Made by a program: the position numbers and the translations under genes. DNA of 64,000 bases from Octopus vulgaris (Eukaryota). Position 1 is the stretch's first letter, and every line of letters starts with the position of its first letter. Below are positions 1 through 12,707 of the stretch, piece after piece. Under the pieces are notes generated by a model. That model saw only the letters and a program-made list of their open reading frames with translations. It had not been told where the DNA came from and ran no database searches. Location: positions 4,464,001 through 4,528,000 of the forward strand of contig OX597818.1 in NCBI GenBank assembly GCA_951406725.2. The letters run 5' to 3'.

Positions 1-879
1 GACATAACATGCCCAACCAACCTCAGATAATTCGAGTAAGGGTATAGACATCAGTTTGCTAGAAGTATTAGACAAATCTCCCTCAAATCCAATAATACTG
101 TCTTGAATTATACCTTGCCAAAAACAAGATAAGCGTGACTTGAACACCTTAATTATAGGTCTGTTCAATCAAGGCTGACCTGTGCCTAAATGATAACAAT
201 AACTTTGCACGCATCAACAGCACAGTAGGACGAAACTAAAAAATCATTTTAAAATATTAATTCACCTACCAGATCAAAGCAACTAATGTGAAACTCATAA
301 TTATGTCCACATAGAAACAGCACAGATTGTCACAAATAATCCAAAATACAGTGGACTCAAGTAAATTCTAAAAATTCAAAGCTGAATATAAATTCAGCTT
401 TAGAATTTACTTGAGTCCACTGAAGATAGATGTAATATTTTTTTAAATGCTCTATTGTCATACTGAAAAAAAATGCGCAAAATTGTTTCAGGGCAGATTG
501 AAATATGGAGTATATATATGATGTAAAATCTATGGTTTGTATGCAAGAGCTCTGTAGATTCCCACTGTTCCTCATTATCTCTCTCTGCTTCACAAATTCT
601 CATTCTCTTTCTCTCAACCTATTTTCGTATTAATATTTTCTATGCAACTACATATTCGGCAATCTCAGTATTTCTATCCTTTTCCGATGCCACTGTTCTA
701 TAAATCAAGAGAGTTGCTTCAATCAAACAAACCATTCTCTTTCTTAGAGGGGAAGTTGAATTTTGAACGAAACTAAATAATAATCAGTTCTTTTGACTAC
801 ATTATACTTGATGGTAAATTGAATATTTTGATATTTATTCCTTTCTAAACATTATTAGTGTTATAATTAAAATTAAAAA

Positions 880-1050
880 TATTGGTTGGTTTACGTCTTC
901 ATAACTCAGCAGCTCAGTAAAAGATACCGATAGAATAAGTACCAGACCTAAAAATAAGTACTGGGGTTGAGTCATTCGACTAAAATTCTTCAAGGTGGTC
1001 TCCCAAAATAGCAGCAATGAATGAATGACAGAAACAAGAAAAGGATAAAA
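880..1050 (+). mobile_element. SINE 3' half (cephalopod-type tRNA-SINE body and tail)
   Basis: Shares 'gatagaataagtacca' with the minus-strand copy at ~8920-9320 and a degenerate 'ggtg..ccagcatggc..aatgactgaa' tail with 20238-20460. Confidence 0.55.
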
Positions 1051-1130
1051 TGAGCCATTGGGATTCATCTGAAACAATAGATTGTGTTTACAATTAATGC
1101 AGACTTCGAAGAAGGGAATATTATTATCAG

Positions 1131-1345
1131 GGCCGTCAGCTAGCAGAATTGATAGCATACCGGATAAAATGTTTAACGGCATTTATTCCGGCTTTACGTT
1201 TTGAATTTAAATTCCGATGAGGTCAACTTTGCTTTTCATCCTTTCTGGGTCTCTAAAATAAATATCAGTGAAGTACTGGAGTTGATGTAATCGACCAACT
1301 CTCTTCCCTTAAAATTGTTGGCATTGTGCCAAAATTTGAAACATT
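1131..1345 (+). mobile_element. tRNA-derived SINE with Nin/Deu-like core
   Basis: 'aattccgatgaggtcaactttgcttttcatcctttctgggtc' core, recurring in many copies in the window. Confidence 0.7.
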
Positions 1346-1363
1346 ACTATTAATTTTATTATA

Positions 1364-1695
1364 AAAAGGTAATCTTGATTTCCAACTCAATGTGAAAGTT
1401 GTGTTAGAACACAGAATACTGCGTTATTTACCTTGAGAGAATCTCTCATAAGGACTCGTAAACCAAAATATGTTCAGTAGTGCGATAACAGCTGTTGGGA
1501 CCCATGACAGGTTGAAATCACATGACCTGGTAGTTCCGGCGGCCGTAGCAGACGATTCTCATATGTCAACTGCATAATTTCGTGTACTTTTGTGCACCAT
1601 AAGTCCTTATGAGAGATTCTCTCAAGGTAAATAATGTAGAATTCTGTGTTCTAACACAACCTCCATGTTCAGTTTGAGACCAAGATTACTTTTTG
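1364..1695. mobile_element. Foldback/MITE-like element with ~95 bp imperfect inverted arms
   Basis: 'gttgtgttagaacacagaat...ccttgagagaatctctcataaggact' is reverse-complementary to 'agtccttatgagagattctctcaagg...attctgtgttctaacacaac'. Confidence 0.75.
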
Positions 1696-2224
1696 ATATT
1701 AATACTCATTCTGTTACTATAAATTCATTTTGTTATATTTGCATTTGAATGGACTTTTCAACTTACTTTTAAACTACCTCCTTATATATGCGATCTTGTA
1801 ACGATGTATGAAATTTTATTAATATCCCATATGTTCCTCTCTTTTCCGAAAAACAAATTCTATCAAATCCCATTCTAACGAATTTAACTCTTGTTCTTTC
1901 TTGAAGAATATACAGTGGAGAACGTACAAACACAAATTTACTTTCACCTACTTCTGACTCTTATAACTCCTTGACAAACAGTGGATATTTGTGGCCAAAT
2001 TAACTGTCCGTTTTCTAGTGAAAACCCGTGCAAGAAAAATTATATGTTGAATGAGTTGTTGGTTACATGATCCATCACATTATTGACTACTAAATCAAAG
2101 TACCAGTTAGCCTCACACAATGATAGGAATTGAACTAAACATTCTGCTTATCACCAGACATCGTGTCAATTTCAGTATTGTGGATGCATAGACCGATATT
2201 ACCAACTTTTATGCATATACTCAC

Positions 2225-2464
2225 GTCTTACGCTATTTTCCTCAGTGCCATCCATAACCCCAGTTTCATGATGTTTATTGGTTATAACTGCAACATGACT
2301 AGTTTCAGTGGTGCTAAATTTTACTTCCATCTTCCCGTCAGCGGCTGTTTTATGGGTCTTCACCTCTCTATGGACTGGGGTCAGAGCAGGTACCATTCTT
2401 ACAGTAGAATCGATCACTTCAGTACTTTTAGAAAATATTTCAGACCTACGTGTTGGTGGTAAAT
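2225..2464 (-). CDS. Putative host-gene exon, Ser/Thr-rich stalk (DLPPTRRSEIFSKSTEV...EENSVR)
   Basis: 240 nt open frame; acceptor gattctAG, donor GTGAGT; phase 1-1 like the other exons. Confidence 0.6.
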
Positions 2465-2724
2465 CTAGAATCATATCAGAAATGTAAAAACTACAAATTC
2501 AGAAGTAATATACAAGATAAATAATATGAATAGTAGCTCCTAGTTACACACACACACACACGAGTGCGCGCGTGCACAAAGCAGCTGCAGAAATACTTAT
2601 CCAAAAATAAACCTCTGCACCTGGCTTTTGTTGACATAGAGAAAGCCTTTGACAGGGTTCCCCACTCCATATCTGGTGGTCAATGCAGAAGCTAGAAATA
2701 GGTGAGTGGCTGATGAGAGCCGTA

Positions 2725-3990
2725 CAAGCCGTACAAGGGAGCTGTCAGTAAAGTGAAAGTTGGCAACGAGTATAGCAATGAATTCAGTGTACAGGTAGGA
2801 GTTCACCAGAGATCAGTTCTCAGCCCCCACTTGTTCATCATAGTCCTCCTGGCAAAAGCAGAGGAATTTAAAAAGAGCTGCTCTTGGGAGTTCTTTGATG
2901 GCCTTCATATAGCTGAATCACTACCAGAAATGGAGAACAAATTTCAGTAGTGGAAGCAAGGTCTGGAATCAAAGGGCTTCAGGGTTAATTGAGAAAAAAA
3001 CCAAAGTGTTAATAGGAAAGCGGACAAATCACAAATCCCTTCAGGTAGATGGCCCTGCTCGATATGTAGAAAAGGTGCAGGTAGAAACTCTTTAAGATGT
3101 ACCTGGTTCAAGCTAAGGATACATAAAAGGTGCAGCAATATCAGAGGAAGGTTAACAGGAAAAATAACCTTTGTGTGTGACAGATGCACAGATGTAGTAA
3201 GCGCTAGAAATATACAAAAATGAGTCTCCATCAAATGCCAGGAGGATGCCTAGAAGTAGTTGATAACTTTCTTTATCTAGGTGACCAAATCAGCAACGGG
3301 AAGAATACTCTGAGAGTGTAGCTGCTAGAATATGAACTGGTTGGGCGAAGTTCAGAGTGCTTCTAACTTTGGTGGTAACAAAGGGCCTCTCTCGCAGAGT
3401 GAATGGCAGATTTCATATCTTTGTGCGAAGGGCCATGCTACATGGAAGTGAAACATGGACTATGACGACAGAGAGTGTGCAAAGCTTGAAAGAAGTGAAG
3501 CTAGTATGTTCCACTAGATGTGCAATGTAAGTGTACACGTGCGACAGAGTATGAGTACCTTAAGAGAAAAATTGGGTATAAGAAGCATCAGCTGTAGTGT
3601 GCAAAAGAGTAGACTGCGCTGGTATGGGCATGTGATGTGTATAGATGAGAACAGTTGCGCAAAGAAGTGTCGATCTCTATCCGTGGAAGAGGTAGTCGCA
3701 GGAAGACGTGGGATGAGGTGACGAAATATGATCTTTAGATGTTGAATCTCATGGAAGCGATGACAAATGACTGGAATCGTAGTTGTGGCCAGTGCTAGTA
3801 ACGCGTTAAAGGCACCCGTGCCGGTGATATGTTAAAGGCACCCGTCCGGTGACACACTAAAGGCTTACATTCACCGAATTGATTGGCGTTAGAAATCAAG
3901 CCAAAATAGACTGGAGCCTGGTGCAGCTCTCCAGTTTACCAGTTCCAGCCAAACTGTCTAACCTCTGCTAGCATGGAAAATGGACGCTAA

Positions 3991-4023
<33 letters not shown>
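2725..4023 (+). mobile_element. 5'-truncated degenerate RTE-clade LINE with Cys-rich insert and (GAT)n tail
   Basis: RT motif 'VGVHQRSVLSPHLF'; Cys-rich 'WPCSICRKG...HKRC'; 'HGSETW'; 'RLRWYGHV'; frameshifts and stops; (GAT)n at 3992-4023. Confidence 0.85.
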
Positions 4024-4024
<1 letters not shown>

Positions 4025-4143
4025 GGAAGAGACAAATCAAAAATACAAAGAAAAAAGCAGGAAAAGCAACAAAAATCAAAGGACGTACACAGTGAATGTA
4101 TCAGGTTGGCGCTCAGAGAAAGTTTACGATGGAAAAAGAGGTG

Positions 4144-4176
4144 TTTGACATTTCGAGCATGGCTTTTCGTCAGAAA
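4144..4176 (-). ncRNA. Degenerate minimal type I hammerhead in a PLE-type tail
   Basis: Minus strand ttt-CTGACGA-a-aagc-cat-gctc-GAAATGTC-aaa; same family as 22651-22684. Confidence 0.55.
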
Positions 4177-4888
4177 GAGGAAAGAGGAAACAGTCCAGTG
4201 AGAAGGAAAGCATAGTCCGAGAAAAGCACGTGTGTCGTTATATAGCTTAAAAATAACTGACCGGAAGTGGAGAGAGATGGAGAAAGTGGTTTTTGAAGGC
4301 AAGAGAGGACAATAAAAATGGTCAGTGTGAGTGTCTGTGTGTTTGTGTGAGTGATGACGTGAGGGAGTGAAGAGACCAGGTTAGTAGCAGTAGTAAGATT
4401 TAGGGGTGTACGGAGGTGTGATCGAAAGGCGAGGAAAAGTGTGTATGATGCGTGAGGTGGGAGATGCTGTGTGTGCATACGTAAGAATAAATTCAAATAT
4501 GAAATAGAAGCAGCGCTGGTATAACGAACATTATCAACCACATGTACTTAATGAACATGATAAATGCATATAGCGTGGAAGTATGTGTAAGTATCTTAAC
4601 ATATGCATTGTACGGGCATACCCACACATAGTTTGCATGCTATATGCAAATAAGTTGTAGGCTGACGATATGAGTTATCTTTGATACTGTTCTGGTACGT
4701 GACGTCGATATGCCACAAAAATGGCGAAACATCGATGTCCATCACTCCTAGATGGGATTAGTGGTGATAATTTATTGGCATCCAGTGTTATACTACTTTT
4801 TCCCATATCGAAGTTGCAAAGAAATTCGATAAGCTGATACTTTCTATACAGCTGACTGTTAGCTGCTAAAAATGCGAATAAAATTTAT

Positions 4889-5140
4889 AATTTAGGGAGT
4901 GGAACAGGTAAAAATGTAAGCTATATATGTTTCTTAACCAGCTGTTGCTTATTCTGCAATTGTTACACAATGAACTCTTCTCAGCTTAGCTAATCATCAG
5001 CCTACAAATACCTTAATGAAGTTTATATGTCACACAGAATGTCAGCTACGACGCAACAGTGAGTCCAACTCACGTAAATGGATGACAGCTAGTTAAGAAA
5101 CATGTGCAGCTTACATTTTACTTGTTCCATTCCCTGAATT
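4889..5140. mobile_element. Foldback element (~60 bp outer arms) with a decayed hammerhead-like core
   Basis: 'atttagggagtggaacaggtaaaaatgtaagct...ttcttaaccagctgt' versus 'acagctagttaagaaac...agcttacattttacttgttccattccctgaat'; minus-strand CTGATGA-TTAGC-taa-GCTGA-GAAG near 4972-5002. Confidence 0.65.
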
Positions 5141-6233
5141 TGGTATATATATATAAGTTCAGCAAAATTTAGATTCAGATGAATATGGTACTTAAGTCAA
5201 AGGCACCAGAATTTTGTATGGTATTATCCATATAAATCAAATGACTCATTAATAAAACAAATCCCCATTTACTAGCTAATTATGATTCTATATTAATAGA
5301 AATGGAGATATATAAATATGAAATAATTGCAAAAAATTCTATATATCTAGAGAAATTACTTGGTTCGTCTTGATTACCTCCCTTCCATTACTTTTTAATA
5401 TATTTTAATATATCTTATTGACTCCTGATATATGTGCTAAATTAATAAAGTTTTTTTTCCACAGTTAGTAAATATTATGTATAACATTTTCTTTTAATTC
5501 AATTCATTAAAAAATCACCATTTACTAGTTAATTATGATTATATATTAATAGAAATGGATATATATATATATATATTTATATAAATATGAAATGATTTCT
5601 ATATTTTCTATCCATATATAAGATACTAATATTTATTGAAATCCTTTAGAAAATTATCTAAAGAATATTTACTTAAATTTCTTAATATAGAATCTGGATG
5701 TTAAATGGTAAGACACATTAAAACCTCTAGAGCACTAGTAGTCTATGTTCCACTACCCCTCTAACTTCAACTTACTAGCTTTTTGCTATAATACATTAAA
5801 TGCATCTAAACTGAATTCCTCAAAATGGGAATAGGTTTATGGTTTTGACATTTGTACTTCCCCTTCCTATATCTATAAATAGAAAAAATTCTTTGTCTCC
5901 ATCCAACCAAAAATAAAATCCCCCATCCCCACTGACAGATCTAAATAACAAAGTGAACTCAAAGTTAAAATCTACAGTCAGAGAGTGAATATACTGCTAT
6001 CATGTTCTTAAGAATGAAATCAACCTCTCTGTCTGTATATTTACCCTCTTTATAATGTTGGCAAATCAAACAGAGATAAGAATGTGCATTGTCCGTTTGA
6101 TTGGAAAATTCTATAAGTGGCTGAAGATTGCTCGACATTTTAAAACTGACGTAATACTTACAGTGTTTAATAAAATGAAGTAGCATGAAACAACTGTACT
6201 ACTCTACCTCGGATATACTTGTTGCTTATTTTG

Positions 6234-6278
<45 letters not shown>

Positions 6279-6494
6279 CTGTTGTGTAAGGCCGGAACAA
6301 TGCGAGAAGGTGCAAATTATACTACAAAAGGAAAAGAAAACAAAACGATGTTTCAGATTTACCTTGTATTTCTATATTTCGGGGTGAAGACTCCTTCTTC
6401 AGGACATTTGGAAAAACCGTAGTAGGAAAAATCATTGCTCAGATGTGTAGGGGGAATGAGGTAGGGGAGGATAGAGGAAAGTGACATAATAATA

Positions 6495-6957
6495 ATCCTT
6501 TCTACTATAGGCACAAGGCCTGAAATTTTGGGAGGTGGGATCCAGTCAATTAGATCGATTCCACTATGCAACTGGTACCTAATTTATCGATCCCGAAACA
6601 ATGAAAGGCAAAGTCAACCTCGACGGAATTTTAATTCAGAACGCAGCGACGGGCAACGTACCGCTAAGCATTTCGTCCAACATGCAACCGATTCTGCCAG
6701 CTCACTGCCTTATGTAATAGTTATAGTAATAATTATTTCTACTCGAGGCACAAGGTCTTGAAAATTTTGGGGGAAGGGGCTAGTCAATTACATCGACCCC
6801 AGCACTTAACTGGTACTTATTTCCTCGATCCCGAAAGGATGAAATGCAAAGTCGACCTCCGCGGAATTTGAACTCAGAAGGTAGCGGGAAACGAAATACC
6901 GCTAAGCATTTCGCCCGGCATACTAACAATTCTGCCAGCTCACCACCATGGTAGTCA

Positions 6958-7017
<60 letters not shown>

Positions 7018-7235
7018 CACCAGTAGTAGTAATGGTTCCAAATTTTGCAGCAATTGTGGGGAAGGGGTTAAATCGATTACGTCGACCCCAGTGCACAACT
7101 GATACTTATTTTATTGACCGCGATAAGCTGAAAGGCAAAGTCGATCTCGGCGGAATTTGAACTCGGAACGTAGCGACAGACGAAATACTACTAAGCATTT
7201 CGCCCAGAGTGCTAACGATTCTGCTAGCTCGTTAA
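6495..7235 (-). mobile_element. Three tandem Nin-core tRNA SINEs separated by (GTA)n/(TAA)n tracts
   Basis: Three copies of 'gaaaggcaaagtcgacctcggcggaatttgaactcagaac...ctaagcatttcg...gattctgccagctc' at about 6495-6710, 6735-6945 and 7035-7232. Confidence 0.85.
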
Positions 7236-7242
7236 TAATGAC

Positions 7243-7275
<33 letters not shown>

Positions 7276-7276
7276 T

Positions 7277-7323
<47 letters not shown>

Positions 7324-8259
7324 TTGAACATTCAAGAGAGTAACTTTAATTTTCTTTCTACTGTCACGTATTGTTCACACTATAAGTGTCAAGAACTCAA
7401 GAACTGGTAAGCCGAAACGTTTGCTTGACAGAAGTTCTGAAGATTCCTCCTGTTTGTTCCATATAGAGTTTCCACTAACCATATATATATTGTTGTATTT
7501 GGGGATGGTCATGTTGCTACTTTATCCAATAAAAACACACACACTATATATTTGGTGTTCACTTGCTTTTATATTAATTATATTTCGGACAGAGTTCTTT
7601 TGTTACACTTCTGTGACGTCATCAGTGATATTTTGCTTTCTTGTTTCTTTTTTGTGTGTCTCTCCTTACTGATGACCTGCCATTTTGTATTCCTATTGTA
7701 TGTGTCTTTATTTGTGCATGCGTATATCCCTGTATGTGTCTATGTTTAGTAAGTTTGTGTGTATGTGAGAATGTGCCTGCATTATCAGTATCCCCTGTTT
7801 ATACACGTTCGTTTAATTTACTTATATTTATTTTATTCATTTGTTTATATCTACTTACTTTTTCTTTTCTTTCTATTTTTTTGTATTAATTAAATGTAAT
7901 TTAATTTAATTTGTTAATGTATATATTTATTTAATTCCATTTGTTTATCTGTGCATTGTATTATATTCATATTATTATCAGTTTATGGGGATCTTAGTCT
8001 GTCATAGGTTGTGGTGTGTGAGGTGTGTGGGGTGTGTGTGTGCTAGTGTTCCATTCTAGTTTCCTATTCAGGCTAGGTTTATCTTCTATTATGTGTGTAG
8101 ATTCTGCATTTTGTCTAAGCGTTGCGTCTGTTCTATGTGTGGACAAGATTTTAACTTCTATGTTGTTGAGTGAGCTCCCGTGTTCCTGCTTGGTGTGCTG
8201 GTACAGAACCGATGAGCTCTTCTCTTCTTTAAGTTCCTTCCAATGCTCATGTACTCAAT

Positions 8260-8700
8260 GCTCATGACACAAGTAACACCCAAAAGAGATCTAAAGAAGA
8301 ATGTAACGATCAAGAAGGTGAACGACAATGACCTTTTTGTGTGCACGGTCTGTGACAGACCATATCTGTCTTTTGCTGGCCTCAAATCTCATCTGTGAAC
8401 GCATGGAAAACAAACCTCCACCAACTATTCTGCATATATGTCTGTGCACACCTTTGAATGCCGTGTATGCCAGAAGGTTTGCAAATCCAACGGAGGCCTC
8501 AAGAGACATTTTAAGATCCACAAAGAGCAGAACTTATTTGCAGCTCTTGGTGGTCCTAATTGGAAGTGCAATCTATGTGGGTGTCTTTTCAGAACATTGT
8601 CTGGTTTAAAAAGCCACATCAGATGCCATGATGGTACTAAGGTGTAGGTACAGGAGGTGGTCAAACTCTGCATAAGGAGTAGACAATCACCATATACATA
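8260..8700 (+). mobile_element. 3' end of an RTE-type LINE ORF carrying three C2H2 zinc fingers
   Basis: CTVCDRPYLSFAGLKSHL*TH, CRVCQKVCKSNGGLKRHFKIH, CNLCGCLFRTLSGLKSHIRCH; no TGEKP linkers; followed by short UTR and microsatellite. Confidence 0.7.
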
Positions 8701-8760
8701 TATACACACACACATATATACACACACACATATATACATATATAATATAATGTATCTATC

Positions 8761-8893
<133 letters not shown>

Positions 8894-8919
8894 GTATATG
8901 TATACGTGTGTGTGTGTTT

Positions 8920-9320
8920 ATCTTTTACTTGCTTGAGTCATTGAAATGCGGCATGCTGGGGCACTGATTTAGAACAAATCGACCCCAGTACTTATTTTTA
9001 AAGTTTGTTACTTATTCTGTTGGTCTCTTTTGCTGAACTAATACCTTATAGGAACGTAAAGAAGCCAACACTGGTTGCCAAACAGTGAGGGGTGTACAAA
9101 CATAAACTCAAGAACAAAGACACATACATAAATACACACAGATGTATGTTTGTGTGTGTGAAAAACGGATTTCCACACAGTTTCCGTCTACAAAATTCAT
9201 TCACAAGGCATTGGTCGGTCGAAACTATTGCAGAAGACTCTTGTCCAATGTGACACACAGTTTGACTGAGCCTGAAATTTTCAAAGCGAGCTTCTTAACC
9301 ACACAACCATGCATGTGCTT
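8920..9320 (-). mobile_element. tRNA-derived SINE (same family as 42750-42915 and 63786-64000)
   Basis: Reverse complement of the 'tgtgtggtaa...cgaccaatgccttgtga..g..ttg..gacggaaact' body and of the 'ccccagcatg' tail. Confidence 0.7.
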
Positions 9321-9420
9321 AGCCATTTACCATCACTAGAGACAATAATCTGAAAAATTAATCGCATTAACATTCTGTTATCGTTATACTGTATTAATTA
9401 TACATGTTGAATCATCTCAC

Positions 9421-9585
9421 CTTTCTTACTAACATCGCTTTTGGCAATATCGTCTTTATTTATTTCTGATGTTGTTTTGATTTTATCAGTTGTCTGAATT
9501 TGAGTTGTTTTCTTCTCAATTGTTTCCGGACACGTGTCTTTCCATGGAAGTGCAGGTTTGCTGTGGACATTATCAGTTGTCAGTG
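9421..9585 (-). CDS. Putative host-gene exon, Thr/Lys-rich linker (LTTDNVHSKPALPWKDTCPETIEKKTTQ...DVSKK)
   Basis: 165 nt open frame; strong acceptor tttcaatttcAG; donor GTGAGA; phase 1-1. Confidence 0.65.
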
Positions 9586-9717
9586 CTGAAATTGAAAGGA
9601 AATTTATATGTATCGGTACACAAATACATATGCGCGTATCGCGTAGACATATATGTGGATGGATGACATAGAGCTGTATTCAAATAAATGAAAAAAAGTA
9701 CTGAAAGCATTTGAGGG

Positions 9718-9765
<48 letters not shown>

Positions 9766-10094
9766 TTATAAATTGATTCAATATAGAGATAACGGATTTT
9801 AAAAATTCTAACGGCCAGTTTGCCCGACTTCGATTTTTTTTTGCTGTAGCGAGCAGATTATATGTGGAAGTTGACGGTTTAATAGTCTATTATCAGTGTA
9901 TATTGGCTTTGAAATAATTTTCTTTAGCCCTTACTTATAAGTTGTTTATAATTTTAACCGTAAAGGTATTTTAATATGCTACCACATTACTTGATGGAAT
10001 TTTTTTCTGTAGAGAAAAAAACTTCATCCTATATTAGTAGTATATATATACATACACAAACACATACATACATATGAACGAAGATAGTAATAAT

Positions 10095-10300
10095 TATTTC
10101 AAATTTTTGCCACAGGGGCAGCTTGGGGATGAGTCGATTACATCGACCCCAGTGTTCAACTGGTACTTAATTTATCGAACCATAAAGATGAAAGGCAAAG
10201 TCGACCTCGTCAAAATTTGAACTCAGAACGTAGCGACGGACGAAATACCGCTAAGTATTTCGTCCAGCGTGGTAACGATTCTGCCAACTTGCCACCTTAA
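10095..10300 (-). mobile_element. Nin-core tRNA SINE
   Basis: Same core as the 6495-7235 copies. Confidence 0.8.
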
Positions 10301-11681
10301 TGAAGACTATAATAATTTTCCCAAATATATATACCTTCTTACCAATCCAAATACCTATCAACTGACCTACATTCACGCTTGTCTGTAGGTAAGTTGAATT
10401 CTAAATAAGGAATACAAGCCTGGTAAAAAACATTGATAAATGCAAAGAAATATTTTTGTGCAAGTCCTTATCGCAATGAAACAACAAAATTATGCTAAGT
10501 AACACGAATTACAGCTATATTCATAGACTGGGCATGTGAAGAGACCCGTATCTTGGCCCCCAAAACAAGGATATATATGTATGTGTGAATGTGTGTGTGT
10601 ATGTGTGCATCCATGTGCACGCTTGTAGCTATCTATCTGTCTGTCTGTCTGTCTCTCTATCTCGAAGCAGAAAAGCATAAATTGCACATAGAGTTCATAA
10701 TATTATTGTGCTCAATTGCTGTTTCAAGATAAACACAGGGAAATGTATAATTACATAACTGTGATACGTAATTAAATTCAATTTAATTAATTTAGATAAA
10801 TTTAAGTGGTATGTTTACCCAAATCATCAGGAATGTTGCGTTATGTTAGTCAGAAAGCTGTTACAAGTTTAAATACATTGAGACAGAGATGAACATCGAG
10901 AAGAAGAGGAAGAAGAAAACTGGGTACAAAAAAGAAAGAATAAAACAAAATATATGGATAAGTAAATATACATATATTAATATTAGAATTTGTGTTTGAA
11001 GCAGCTTAAATAATGTAAACATTATTAATATGACATACTTAATGTACGTGCGTGGTTAAGCGTTGTGAAGGTGTAGCTTTTGTTTGCAGGGAATTGCACT
11101 ATAATCACATCTATTCATCAAACAGCTGTAACAGATTGGAAAAATCATTGTTTACACCGGCCAGTCTTGTCTGATCGATGTTTTTTCTTTAAGTTCGTAT
11201 GTACATTTTTACTTTAATATTGTAACTTTTTCAAACACTCTCGCTTATCACTTTTTAACCTCGTGTAAAATATATATACATATAGTTTTTCGTTTTTTAA
11301 TATTAATATGTATATGTATAACTCTGGTTTTTTCTACTAGTCCACCTGTTACGTTATATTCTACTATACAAACGTGGCCCTGTTTATTATACTTTGTCTC
11401 GACCTGTTACCATCTTTTAAAAACATACCCTTTAGCTTTTCATCCTTATTTTTATGTTATAGTTTACCGCACATATAGACGTGCATACACATTGATATGT
11501 CTGTCTTTTATTCACTTTCGTCTCTCTTACTATTATTATTACTGTTATTTTTCCCTTTTTAAAACTTGCTTACTAAAATCCTATTTTTTCCCTATTACCC
11601 TACTTGTATTCTCCCTTTTGTATCTTATTTAATTTACTTTATTTTATTAAACCTTTTTTGATGTCCTTACAAAAATTCTTC

Positions 11682-11777
11682 ACATTGATGAAAATGACAA
11701 TGCATAAATTTAATCATAATTACTATGGTTATAAATTTTTCTTATATATTTGTATATTCCTTTGAAACGTGCGTATG
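11682..11777 (+). ncRNA. Degenerate hammerhead with long stem II (PLE terminal remnant)
   Basis: aca-TTGATGA-aaa...ttt-GAAA-cgtgcg-TA-tgt. Confidence 0.4.
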
Positions 11778-12015
11778 TATTTTGTATAAAATCTAATTTT
11801 GATTCAACATCTTTTTCTCCTCCATTTTTCTATAATTGTTTTATGGTATTTTTATATCTATAACGATATTTTTCCACTACTATTTTCATATTCTTATTAC
11901 TTGGTTGGCTGTTTTTTATGAATATGAGGAATCTTTATTAGAAATCATTCTTTCTCTCTTTGTAGACCTCTCAAAAAGTTTGAACTGTTCTCTTTTGAAT
12001 TTATTTTCCCCATAT

Positions 12016-12508
<493 letters not shown>

Positions 12509-12707
12509 GACAGACGTGTTGTCACATCGGCTCCGAAGGTAATCGTTTATTTTGACTATTTATAGCCCATATTTTGTGTACATTTTTGCAAATAAGGTGT
12601 GTAAGGTACCCAACCTTCGTTTGAGTGCTTTTCCAAGGGAGGAATTCGCCCCTAGGAGCAGTTTCAACCCCATTTCATTTCTGTAATTTTCTTCTCGACA
12701 TTAGAAA

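Noticed and set aside
265-700. Transmembrane-like (LYFGLFVTICAVSM) and cytoplasmic-like segments on the minus strand
   Set aside because: Interrupted by stops and frameshifts; no consistent exon could be defined.
6495-7235. Regularly repeated ~200 bp units resembling an array
   Set aside because: These are tandem SINE insertions in eukaryotic DNA, not CRISPR or satellite.
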